A stretch of 64,000 bases of DNA, taken from contig JANNHO010000339.1 in assembly GCA_031404435.1 (NCBI GenBank), forward strand, positions 543-64,542. Direction: 5' to 3'. Under the pieces are notes generated by a model that was not told where the DNA came from, ran no database searches, and saw only the letters and a program-made list of their open reading frames with translations. This DNA comes from Acidimicrobiaceae bacterium. GTDB lineage: Bacteria > Actinomycetota > Acidimicrobiia > Acidimicrobiales > Ilumatobacteraceae. Positions 1-8,407 of the stretch are shown piece after piece (within the stretch, counting starts at the first letter, position 1; every line of letters starts with the position of its first letter). A program made the translations under genes and the position numbers.

Positions 1-19
1 GCGGACCGCGGCTTCGGGT

Positions 20-349
20 GTGGACATGGACATGTCGGCAGCGTATGCAGGCAGGGTGCGCGATGCTGGCACGGTGACCGTACTGATCGACGAGCCGAGG
101 TGGTGGTTCCGTGGTCGGCGGTGGTCGCACCTGGTGAGCGACGAAAGCCTCGACGAACTCCACGCCTTTGCCGCGACGGTGGGCATTCCGCTGCGCGGAT
201 TTCAGGGCGACCACTACGACGTGCCCGAGGACTACCACGCCGAGATGCTGGCCGCTGGGGCGGTGGCCACACCGAGCCGTGACCTGGTTCGCGCACTGCG
301 CGGGGCTGGTCTGCGGCTGAGCCCCGCGCAGCGCCGGGCACGAACCTGA
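20..349 (+). CDS. DUF4031-like conserved hypothetical protein
   Basis: 109-aa track ORF. The motif WWFRGRRWSHLVSDESLDELHAFA..IGIP resembles the DUF4031 family from memory. Confidence 0.6.
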   Translation: MDMDMSAAYAGRVRDAGTVTVLIDEPRWWFRGRRWSHLVSDESLDELHAFAATVGIPLRGFQGDHYDVPEDYHAEMLAAGAVATPSRDLVRALRGAGLRLSPAQRRART

Positions 350-386
350 GCTGTACCCGCACGTTTCTGCCAGGCACACTGCCAGG

Positions 387-818
387 TCACCAGCGGGCCG
401 GTTCGCCAAAAAGGTCACGCGGGCACTCGGTTCCGGCGGGGCCGATCACGAACCACTCGAGCAGCTCCAGACCAAAGGAATCGGTGATAGCGCTGGCTTC
501 GAGCCAGCGGTCGACGTCGCCGGGACACACGGCCCCTCCCGGACGAACCGAGGCGATCAGCAGCGAATGGATTGCCGGGTTCTGACACATCGCCATGCAC
601 ATCACCTCGGTGACATCGACGACGGCGTCGGGATTGACGGTGTCGGACACGACGGTGATGGTGCCGCCGCAGCGGCGGTCGTCGAGCGCAATGGCAATGG
701 TCTCGTGGCACAGCGGTTCGGCAATGGCGACCGAGAGCAGGGCGAGGGCGTCGTCGGGACCGTTGACCGGGTCGCGATACGCCCGTGGGACGTGAGGGAC
801 AGTGTGGTGGCGCGACAT
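387..818 (-). CDS. hypothetical protein (possibly a degenerate RadC/JAB-like fold)
   Basis: Track ORF 387..935 trimmed to the internal ATG at 818 (MSRHHTV...), preceded by a GGAGG RBS (plus-strand cctcc at 825-829). The function is a guess. Confidence 0.45.
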   Translation of the reverse strand: MSRHHTVPHVPRAYRDPVNGPDDALALLSVAIAEPLCHETIAIALDDRRCGGTITVVSDTVNPDAVVDVTEVMCMAMCQNPAIHSLLIASVRPGGAVCPGDVDRWLEASAITDSFGLELLEWFVIGPAGTECPRDLFGEPARW

Positions 819-954
819 GGCAACCTCCGAAAGGCAGTGTGTGGGTTGGGCGGGGGAAGCCACTGGGCACCATACGCAGGGGGTCTCACACGGATAGGTG
901 TGGCGGCGGTGTGTCGCCCTACGATCCCCGTCCATGACTGCAGCTGCCGATCGC

Positions 955-1314
955 GTGACGATCTATCACAATCCACATTGAAACTCGTCGATCAATGCCG
1001 TGAGCATTGCTGAAGAACTTGGCGTCGAAGCCGACATCGTTCTCTACATCAAGTCCCCGCCCGACGCAGCAGCGCTGACCGAGATCATCGCCAAACTGGT
1101 TGATTCGCCGACCGCCTTGGTGCGGCGCGACAGCATGTGGGCCAAGCTCGGTCTCACCGACGCCGACGCGGAAACACCGGAGCAGGTGATCGCCCTCCTC
1201 GTCAAGCACAAGCAACTGTTGCAACGGCCGGTGGTGGTGCGTGGCAACACCGCGATCGTCGGCCGCCCGAAGGATCGGGTCCGGCAACTGCTCACGGCCC
1301 CGGCTAGCCAGTAG
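955..1314 (+). CDS. ArsC/Spx-family (arsenate reductase-like) protein with an in-frame TGA at the catalytic Cys position
   Basis: GTG at 955 is in the same frame as track ORF 1000..1314. VTIYHNPH-TGA(979..981)-NSSINAVSIAEELGVEADIVLYIKSPP aligns residue for residue with the ArsC N-terminus ITIYHNPACGTSRNTLEMIRNSGTEPTIILYLENPP, putting the TGA on Cys12. Confidence 0.6.
993..1009 (+). other. small hairpin 11 nt downstream of the in-frame TGA (weak SECIS candidate)
   Basis: CAATGC-cgtga-GCATTG: 6-bp perfect stem with a 5-nt loop containing GU. The loop G lies about 19 nt after the UGA. Confidence 0.3.
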
Positions 1315-1378
1315 CCCACGCGCCTGTCGACACGAGCTCTTCGACCGGCCCCATCCCTTGGGGACGGGCGCGCCTTGG

Positions 1379-1903
1379 ATGACCGGCAGGGAATTGGCGG
1401 AGGTACCGTTCGCATGCATGAGGGGGGACGCAACGAGACCGGCATGGGTGGTGATCCGTCCCGAGTTCGACCCCTGTGCCAGGCCGTTCCACACGATCAC
1501 CGACGAGCAGTGGGGAGTGGCGTGGGAAACGCCGATGCGCGATGTGATCGCGCAGATGCAAGCCGCGTTCCACGCGGGAGCGCGACGGATCGTCATCGTC
1601 GTGCCGACCACAGCGATGTCGGGTGGATCGCGTTTCGCGCACGTAGCTGCGCCGGCAGAAGGTGTCCGCCTCCTCGTCAAGTCGGCTGCTCGTCAATGGG
1701 GCCACCATGGGATCACGGTCAACGCTGTCGCGCTCAGCCCCGACGGCTTTCTCGACGAACCTGATCTGGCCGGACCGACGTCGCTGGCCCCGGCGGCGCT
1801 GCCCACCACCGACGCATCCGCGCTGATCGAGTTCCTGTGCAGCGATGCGTCCGGCGACGTGACCGGGCAGACGATCGTGGTCGACGGCGGGGTGTGGATG
1901 TGA
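1379..1903 (+). CDS. degenerate SDR-like protein lacking the N-terminal Rossmann motif and the catalytic Tyr/Lys
   Basis: The C-terminal two thirds align to the next SDR (..KSAARQWGHHGITVNAVAL.. against ..KSLAREWGHHGITANCIAP..). YxxxK is replaced by HVAAP and there is no TGxxxGxG. Stop overlaps the next start (GTGA). Confidence 0.55.
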   Translation: MTGRELAEVPFACMRGDATRPAWVVIRPEFDPCARPFHTITDEQWGVAWETPMRDVIAQMQAAFHAGARRIVIVVPTTAMSGGSRFAHVAAPAEGVRLLVKSAARQWGHHGITVNAVALSPDGFLDEPDLAGPTSLAPAALPTTDASALIEFLCSDASGDVTGQTIVVDGGVWM

Positions 1904-2670
1904 GCGGCAGGCTCGATGGTCGAGTGGCCATCGTCACAGGGGCGGGGCAAGGGGTTGGCGAGGGCATCGCGCGACGACTCGCAGCCGAAGGTGCCCATGT
2001 GGTCGTGGCCGCTCGGCGTGCCGAGACCGGCGAGCCCGTTGCCGCCTCGATTGTTGCCGCCGGTGGCTCGGCCGTGTGCATCGAGACCGACGTGGCCGAG
2101 CGGGCCAGTGTCGAAGTGTGTGTGCGCGACACAGTCGAGTGCCACGGAGCCCTGCATGTGATGGTGCACAACGCGTTCACCGGCGCGATCGGTCACCGCC
2201 TGGAAGACACCGTCGTCGAGCGACACTGGGAGGCGATGTCGCGCACCGCGGTGTGGGGTTCGTTCTACTGCGCGCAGGCCGCCTACCCGCACCTCGTCGC
2301 CGCCGGGGCACAGGGCCGGTTGATCCTCGTCACGTCGCCGTCGGGTGTGGAGGGCAGCGCCAACATTCCGCTGTACTCGTCGGTCAAGGCGGCGCAACGG
2401 GCGATGGCCAAGAGCCTTGCTCGCGAGTGGGGCCACCACGGCATCACCGCCAATTGCATCGCCCCGGTGGCCGGCAGCCCGGCACTTGTCTCTGCGTTCG
2501 AGCGCAACCCTGCGTTGCGTGAAGCGATCGAGGCGCGCACGCCGCTCGGACGGGTTGGCCACATCACCGACGACATCGGCTCGGTCGCGCTGTTCCTTGC
2601 CAGTGATGACGCCGGCTACGTCACCGGCCAGACCATCGTCTGCGACGGCGGATCGTTCCTGGGCCTGTGA
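1900..2670 (+). CDS. SDR family oxidoreductase (FabG-like)
   Basis: VAIVTGAGQGVGEGIA glycine motif, NAFTG, S...YSSVKAA catalytic motif. GTG start overlaps the upstream stop. Confidence 0.85.
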   Translation: MSGRLDGRVAIVTGAGQGVGEGIARRLAAEGAHVVVAARRAETGEPVAASIVAAGGSAVCIETDVAERASVEVCVRDTVECHGALHVMVHNAFTGAIGHRLEDTVVERHWEAMSRTAVWGSFYCAQAAYPHLVAAGAQGRLILVTSPSGVEGSANIPLYSSVKAAQRAMAKSLAREWGHHGITANCIAPVAGSPALVSAFERNPALREAIEARTPLGRVGHITDDIGSVALFLASDDAGYVTGQTIVCDGGSFLGL

Positions 2671-2706
2671 CGCTGCACCTATGAACCACCGGCATCGGAG
2701 ACATTC

Positions 2707-3081
2707 ATGATTCGTCTGATCACCATGTTGAAGCGCAAGCCCGGCACGACCCACGACGAGTTCCTGCACCACTGGCTCACCGTCCACGGTCCGCTGATCG
2801 CCAACAGTTCTGCGGCCAACTACGTGCTTCGCTACGAGCAGCACCCAAGCGTGTGGCCAACCGACGCCGGTGCGACGGAGCCCGAGTGGGACGGCGTGAC
2901 GATCCAAGAGTTCGAATCGGTGCGCTCGTTCTGGGCACATACCTGCGAGGCGGATTTCCCGGCGATGCAGGACGACATCGTCTGCTTCCTCGATCCGTCG
3001 GCGCTGGCTTGGACGCTCGTCGAGGTACCGACGATCGTGATCGGCCGAAACCCGGCCAACGATGGGAGCCCCACTATCTGA
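2707..3081 (+). CDS. EthD domain protein
   Basis: 124 aa. MIRLITMLKRKPGTTHDEFLHHWLTVHGPL is a typical EthD N-terminus. Confidence 0.75.
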   Translation: MIRLITMLKRKPGTTHDEFLHHWLTVHGPLIANSSAANYVLRYEQHPSVWPTDAGATEPEWDGVTIQEFESVRSFWAHTCEADFPAMQDDIVCFLDPSALAWTLVEVPTIVIGRNPANDGSPTI

Positions 3082-3093
3082 CGCCCCGTCAGA
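3077..3093. promoter_or_regulatory. palindromic operator candidate TCTGACG-CCC-CGTCAGA (copy 1)
   Basis: Exact 7+7 inverted repeat, extended to ATCTGACGCCCCGTCAGAT. It overlaps the EthD stop and its centre is 28 nt upstream of the ATG at 3113. Confidence 0.6.
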
Positions 3094-3112
3094 TTCGGCT
3101 ACGGTCACCCTG

Positions 3113-3901
3113 ATGATCCCGCAGATCGAGCTTGGCACGCTGTTGTTCACGATGGTGGAACCCCACCGCGGCCACGAGGTCGAGTACAACCGCTGGTACG
3201 AACACGACCACTTCTACTCGGGCTGCATGGTCGGTGCCGACACCTTCGCCGGTGACCGTTTCGTCGCCACCCGGCGGCTCAAAGATCTGCGATACCCCGC
3301 GGTGACGCCGATGACGCCAGACCCGTCGACCGGTTCGTACCTGGCGATCTACTGGGTGCTGAAGGGCCGCCACGACGAGTGGAACCGGTGGAGCGTCGAC
3401 AACGTGATCCAGCTCCACAGGCAGGGCCGGATGTTCACCGACCGCGACCACATCCACACGTCGCTCTACGACCACACGTGGTCGCTGCAGCGTGGTGAGC
3501 ACACCACCTCGATCGAGCTCGCTCTCGACCACGGCTACCCGGGGCTCGTCGTCAATGCCGGCGAGCTTGCCGACGATGTGACGTTCGACGACCTTCAGAC
3601 ATGGACCCGCCGCTGGGCAGACGACGCGTTCGCCACACCGTGGGGGCCGGACCTGATCGGCGCCTCGCGGCTGCTGCCGCTCCTTGACGACGCGCCCGCC
3701 GATGTGCCCCGCGTGGCCAATGCCGACCGCCGGTTCATCCAGTTGCACTTCCTCGATCACGACCCCGCCGACGGTTGGGTCGATGGCTGGGCGGGCTTCG
3801 GGGCAGAGCTGAACGCGAGCGGTGTCGCGACGCACCTGTGGACCGCCCCGTTCGTCCAAACCATGTTCGGCACCGACACCTACACCGACGAGCTGTGGTG
3901 A
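3113..3901 (+). CDS. conserved hypothetical protein (EYNRWYEHDHFYSG motif)
   Basis: Track ORF 3062..3901 trimmed to the ATG at 3113 just downstream of the palindrome. No family confidently recognised. Confidence 0.55.
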   Translation: MIPQIELGTLLFTMVEPHRGHEVEYNRWYEHDHFYSGCMVGADTFAGDRFVATRRLKDLRYPAVTPMTPDPSTGSYLAIYWVLKGRHDEWNRWSVDNVIQLHRQGRMFTDRDHIHTSLYDHTWSLQRGEHTTSIELALDHGYPGLVVNAGELADDVTFDDLQTWTRRWADDAFATPWGPDLIGASRLLPLLDDAPADVPRVANADRRFIQLHFLDHDPADGWVDGWAGFGAELNASGVATHLWTAPFVQTMFGTDTYTDELW

Positions 3902-4842
3902 GTGCCGTGATCCAACCCATCACCGGCAAACGGATCGCCATCACCGGGGTCACCGGCTGGGTGGCCGGCCCGGTCGCGGCGAGCCTTGCCGCGCAGGGCA
4001 ACACGGTGTTCGGGGTCGCCCGCTTCCGCGACGCCGCGGCGCAGGCGAAGGTGGAGGACACCGGAGTGCAGCCGGTGGCAATCGACCTTGCCGCCAACGA
4101 CTTCTCCGACCTGCCCGACGATCTTGATCTCGTGTTCAACTTCGCCGTCGCCAAGGCCGACAACTTCGAGTTGGCGTTCCGGGTCAACGCCGAAGGCTCG
4201 GCCGACTTGATGGAGGCGGCCGCCGAGCGCAGCCCGCAACTGAGCGCGTTCTTCCACTGCTCGTCGACTGCGGTGTACGAGCCGGTGCACGGGTCGCCGC
4301 GCGCCGAGACCGACCCGCTCGGCGACAGCCACCGGCCGATGCCGGGCATGCCCACGTACTCGATCTCCAAGATCGCCGCCGAGGTGCTGGTGCGCCACAC
4401 CTCTCGCCGCCTCGAGGTGCCCACTGTGATTGCCCGCCTCAACGTCCCATACGGCGACACCTACGGATGGATGCTGTTCCACCTGATGATGATGGAGCGC
4501 GGTATCCCCGTGCCGGTGCATGTGGATCAGCCGACCGATTACACACCGATCCACTCCGACGACATCACCCGCAGCCTGCCCTACCTGCTGTCGCTCGCGG
4601 ACACGCCGGCCGAGATCGTCAACTGGGGCGGCGACGAGATCGCCTCGGTCGAGGATTGGAGCAACGAGCTCGGCCGCCTGTGCGGGCTCACGCCCACGTT
4701 CGCGCCGACCACGGCAACGATCGCCTCGATCGTGCCCGACCTCACCAAGCTGCATGCGACCGGATTTCGTTCGCAGGTCGGCTGGCGCGACGGCATGAGC
4801 CGGATGGTTGCTGCATCACGGCCCGACCTACTGCCAGCCTGA
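3898..4842 (+). CDS. NAD-dependent epimerase/dehydratase family protein
   Basis: ITGVTGWVAGPVA Rossmann motif near the N-terminus. GTG at 3898 overlaps the upstream TGA (GTGA). GTG 3907 is an alternative start. Confidence 0.75.
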   Translation: MSAVIQPITGKRIAITGVTGWVAGPVAASLAAQGNTVFGVARFRDAAAQAKVEDTGVQPVAIDLAANDFSDLPDDLDLVFNFAVAKADNFELAFRVNAEGSADLMEAAAERSPQLSAFFHCSSTAVYEPVHGSPRAETDPLGDSHRPMPGMPTYSISKIAAEVLVRHTSRRLEVPTVIARLNVPYGDTYGWMLFHLMMMERGIPVPVHVDQPTDYTPIHSDDITRSLPYLLSLADTPAEIVNWGGDEIASVEDWSNELGRLCGLTPTFAPTTATIASIVPDLTKLHATGFRSQVGWRDGMSRMVAASRPDLLPA

Positions 4843-4903
4843 CCGCCCGGCCAATCGTCGCACCGGCCATTCGCTGCACCGGCCGCATCGGCGGCACGGC
4901 GCA

Positions 4904-5590
4904 TCAGGGGGCGAGAGTTTGGATGAACTCATCGATCTGCGCGGCCACTTCGGCGGTGTGCGTGGACTCGTGCATCAGGTGCTCGCCACCGTCGATCACG
5001 GCCAGACGGGCATCGGGCATCTTGCGTTCGAGGTAGCGGCCGGCATCGGCGAACTCGGCCCGGTCGTCGCTGCCGGCCATCACCAACGTCGGCACCGGGG
5101 TCTCGGCCAGGCGGTCCATCACCACCGCGTCGTGCTGCAAGTTGAGCTCGGCGGCCTGCACCGGAATGCCGAAACGGTGTGCGTTACGACGCGACCGGGC
5201 GTTCCATTCCTCGCGCTTGGCAGGGTCGCGAAACCCTGGGCCGGTGTTGAGCACCACCACCCCACGGGCAACACCAGGGCGGGTGGCCGCGTGAGCGAGG
5301 GCAAGGTAGCCGCCGAGCGAGTGGCCAATCAGGACAGGGCGACCCGTGAGCGGGGCGAGCACCTCGTCGATGTCGGCGAGTGCCCGGTCACGCGTGTACT
5401 CGGCCGGATCATCGGGCACGGGCGAACGCCCATGGCCGAGCAGGTCGATCGCGAACACCTCATAACGGTGCTGCAGCCGCCCGATGCAGCCGGCCCATGT
5501 CGTCGACGATGAGCCGAGCCCGTGCAGCATCACGACCGGACGGCCATGGCCGGAGCGCTCGACATGCAACCGCGATGTGATCTCAGTCAT
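4904..5590 (-). CDS. alpha/beta hydrolase
   Basis: HGLGSS oxyanion region and the GHSLGG nucleophile elbow. Confidence 0.85.
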   Translation of the reverse strand: MTEITSRLHVERSGHGRPVVMLHGLGSSSTTWAGCIGRLQHRYEVFAIDLLGHGRSPVPDDPAEYTRDRALADIDEVLAPLTGRPVLIGHSLGGYLALAHAATRPGVARGVVVLNTGPGFRDPAKREEWNARSRRNAHRFGIPVQAAELNLQHDAVVMDRLAETPVPTLVMAGSDDRAEFADAGRYLERKMPDARLAVIDGGEHLMHESTHTAEVAAQIDEFIQTLAP

Positions 5591-6674
5591 GGCAGACCTT
5601 GGACGCGAGCAGGTTGCGGTGCATGATCAGATCTTGTGGGTCGTCGGGTGTTTCGCGGTTGCCGTACGCCGCCTCGCGCGACGAGGTTCGCAAGGACACG
5701 ACGGCAAATCGCGTGGCGGCGTAGGCGATGTACCAGTCGATGTCGGTGATCGGCCGGCCGCCGGCGGCCACATAGTCGGCGAGGACATCGTCGGGTTTGC
5801 AGAAGTCGGGGAAACCGGGCAGTTCGAACACGATGCTGAGGCTTTGGAAGAACTCGTGCAGCAGGATCAGCCAGCCGACGTCCATCCCGGCCGGGCCGAG
5901 GTCGACCATTTCCCAGTCGAGCACCGCAGCCGGCTTGGTGCCGTCGAACAGGATGTTGCCGGGCCGGGCGTCGCCCCACAACAACACCGTCGGGCCGGGA
6001 TCGACCGGACGGTGCTCGTGTAGCCATTCAATCGCAGTGTCGATCAGCGGAACGGTCTGATCGCCGAAGGACCATCCGGTGCGCGCCCACTCGTAGTAGC
6101 TCTGCAACTCGGCCAGATGTCGACTGAGCGACTCGTGTCCGGATTCGCCGACCGGGCCGATGGCCGACGCGTCGGTCACGGTGAGGTCGAGTGCATGCAG
6201 TCGGACGAGAACGTCGGTGGCCTCACGCTGCAGGTCACGTCGTTCGTCGGGGCTCATCGCATCGAGCGCGCTGCCGCCGAACACGTACGGCGGCATGTCG
6301 GGCAGCGCCCGGCCGTGCACCCTGCGCATCACGATGAACGGTGCGCCGAGGTGGCTGTCGTCGTCTTCCACCCACGGCACCTCGGGCACCGGCACATCGC
6401 TGTGTGCGCCGACGAGGCGCATCGCCGCAGCCTGCTTGGCGAGGTCGTACTCGCGGAACACGGGCCAGTCGTTCATGTCGGGGCGCACCCTGGCGACCAA
6501 CTCTTCGGTGCGGCCGTCGTGGGTCAGGTCGAAGAGCAGGGTTTCGCTCGACATGCCCGTGCCCTCCGGGATCGATACCGGCCCGACCAACGCAGCGTGA
6601 CCGAGCGTGGCACTGAACCACCGCTCGAGCGCGGCACGCAGCTGCTCGGGATCGCGTTTTGATGGCAGCGGCAT
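5583..6674 (-). CDS. phosphotransferase (APH/ChoK-like kinase) family protein
   Basis: Track ORF trimmed to the ATG at 6674 (MPLPSKRDPEQL). LLWGDARPGNILF and DWEM motifs of aminoglycoside phosphotransferase-like kinases. 8-nt overlap with the downstream hydrolase. Confidence 0.8.
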   Translation of the reverse strand: MPLPSKRDPEQLRAALERWFSATLGHAALVGPVSIPEGTGMSSETLLFDLTHDGRTEELVARVRPDMNDWPVFREYDLAKQAAAMRLVGAHSDVPVPEVPWVEDDDSHLGAPFIVMRRVHGRALPDMPPYVFGGSALDAMSPDERRDLQREATDVLVRLHALDLTVTDASAIGPVGESGHESLSRHLAELQSYYEWARTGWSFGDQTVPLIDTAIEWLHEHRPVDPGPTVLLWGDARPGNILFDGTKPAAVLDWEMVDLGPAGMDVGWLILLHEFFQSLSIVFELPGFPDFCKPDDVLADYVAAGGRPITDIDWYIAYAATRFAVVSLRTSSREAAYGNRETPDDPQDLIMHRNLLASKVCHD

Positions 6675-6682
6675 GACGGCTC

Positions 6683-7114
6683 CTAGCGAATGTAGAGCAG
6701 GTGCTCGAAACGGTCGGCGATCAGCCAGCCGCTGGCGGTGCGCACGATCGTGTCGCGGTAGAAGCCGCACGCCTCCATGAAGATCGGAGTGTCGCCGGGG
6801 ATGCGCATCACCATCTTGTACAGCGAGCGCACGTTCGCAGTGTCGTCACCGGTGAAGTCGATCACCACGTTGCTGTTCTGGCTGATCGACACGTCGAACA
6901 TCGCCAAGCTCGGCTCGATCCACGCTGCGGCCTCAGCCGGAGTACCGGCGATCCCGCCAGCGGTGGTGTAGTCGGCGTGCCCGTTGTCGGTGAAGCACGC
7001 CTGCCACGCGAGAAAGTCGCGGTCGGCAAGCGCCCACGAATAGCGGCCCAACAGTTCATGGATCGCCAAGCGGTCAGCAGTTCGTGCGTCGGTCATCGGG
7101 GGAACCGTAGTCAC
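6683..7114 (-). CDS. SnoaL-like / NTF2-fold protein
   Basis: DRLAIHELLGRYSWALADRDF..W..CFT pattern typical of SnoaL_4 proteins. Alternative start at 7096. Confidence 0.7.
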   Translation of the reverse strand: MTTVPPMTDARTADRLAIHELLGRYSWALADRDFLAWQACFTDNGHADYTTAGGIAGTPAEAAAWIEPSLAMFDVSISQNSNVVIDFTGDDTANVRSLYKMVMRIPGDTPIFMEACGFYRDTIVRTASGWLIADRFEHLLYIR

Positions 7115-7123
7115 CAGCGCTGG

Positions 7124-8332
7124 TCAGATGGGCAGGGGGAGCAGTGCGCTGTCGGGGATGACTCCGACGTGGAGCTCGGGGACGGGGTAGGCGAACTCGG
7201 GATACTTGCGTTTCGCCTCGCGGCGGTAGCGGGTGGTGGAGTGCTCGGGGTCGCGGTCGAATTCGGGGATGACGTGCTTGCCGAACAGTTCGAGGCATTC
7301 GAGCACCTCTTCGTGTTCGAAGCCCTCGTTGGGCAGGCCGAACACGAGTTGGTCGCAGCCGACGGTGGAGTACCGCTGGACCTGTTCGGCGACCTCGTCG
7401 GGCGTGCCGCACAACAGGTAGCCGGCTTCGATCAGCCCGTCGAGCATCGACTCATCGGGGATGGAGAACGGCGGCTCGGGCCAGGTTGGGTAGCCGGCCT
7501 TCTTCGGCATCGTGTCGTGGTACATGCACACCATCGAGTACAGGTAGCCGCGGCCACGGCTCATCGCGATCTGGCGGGCCCTGGCCCGGTCCTCGAGGCA
7601 GATGACTGCGTTGGTCATCATCAGGTTGTCGTTGACGAATTGGCCGATCACCTCGGCTGGGTTGGCGATTGCTTCCTTGTATGCGGCGATCCGCTCGGTG
7701 AGGCCGAAGATCGGCTCGAAGTTGAATGCGATCGCCCCGAGCCCCATCGAACCGGCCTTGGCGAAGGTTTCCGGGTTGCCGCACGCGACCCACATCGCCG
7801 GATGCCCGACGCCCCACGGCTTCGGCAGGATGTTGTGCGGCTTCGGCACGCTGAAGTGCTTGCCCTCGAAGGCGTAGTCGCGTTGTTCCCACATGCGTGG
7901 GATCTGGTGGATCACCTCGTCCCACATGCTCTTGGTCTCGGCCGGGGTGATCCCGTTGAACGCGGCGACCTCGTGGCTACCCGCGCCGCGGCCGGTGCCG
8001 AACTCGTAGCGTCCCTCGGTGATGTGGTCGAGCATCGCCGCCCGCTCGGCCAGGCGGACCGGGTGCTCCTTGGTGGTCGGAAAGCTGACGATGCCCGATG
8101 AGAGGTGGATCTGGTCGGTTCGTGCGGCGACGTAGCCCATCATCACCTCGGGCGCCGACATGTGGCTGTACTCGGTGAGCGAGTGGTGCTCACCGAACCA
8201 GGCGTATTTCCAGTTGAACTTGTCGGCGTGAATCGCGTACCCCGCCTCACGCATCAGCGCGGTGTGCTCGCAGTTGGTGTCGTGGGCGGCGGGCCCGGGG
8301 ATGTAGCCATTGAGAAAGATCCCGAATTCCAT
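7124..8332 (-). CDS. LLM-class flavin-dependent oxidoreductase (luciferase-like monooxygenase)
   Basis: Track ORF 7124..8722 trimmed to ATG 8332 (MEFGIFLNGYIPGP...). FNWKYAWFGEHH and other luciferase-like features. Confidence 0.85.
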   Translation of the reverse strand: MEFGIFLNGYIPGPAAHDTNCEHTALMREAGYAIHADKFNWKYAWFGEHHSLTEYSHMSAPEVMMGYVAARTDQIHLSSGIVSFPTTKEHPVRLAERAAMLDHITEGRYEFGTGRGAGSHEVAAFNGITPAETKSMWDEVIHQIPRMWEQRDYAFEGKHFSVPKPHNILPKPWGVGHPAMWVACGNPETFAKAGSMGLGAIAFNFEPIFGLTERIAAYKEAIANPAEVIGQFVNDNLMMTNAVICLEDRARARQIAMSRGRGYLYSMVCMYHDTMPKKAGYPTWPEPPFSIPDESMLDGLIEAGYLLCGTPDEVAEQVQRYSTVGCDQLVFGLPNEGFEHEEVLECLELFGKHVIPEFDRDPEHSTTRYRREAKRKYPEFAYPVPELHVGVIPDSALLPLPI

Positions 8333-8407
8333 CGTGCTAATGTAACCCATTAGAACGATTCCTGTCAACGCCCGCGACGTCATCGCGGCCAGCCGGAGGT
8401 ACGTGCT

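Noticed and set aside
1241-1378. N-terminal extension of the degenerate SDR ORF, which might have supplied the missing Rossmann motif
   Set aside because: The translation (MATPRSSAARRIGSGNCSRPRLASS...) has no GxxxGxG or beta-alpha-beta character, and it overlaps the ArsC-family gene's 3' end.
8340-8407. TAGAAC half-site and a CCGCGA-cgtca-TCGCGG inverted repeat in the LLM/P450 divergent region, considered as a KstR-type operator
   Set aside because: No second GTTCTA half-site is present. The 6-bp GC-rich inverted repeat is weak in a high-GC genome. Canonical KstR and KstR2 motifs were not found anywhere I looked.
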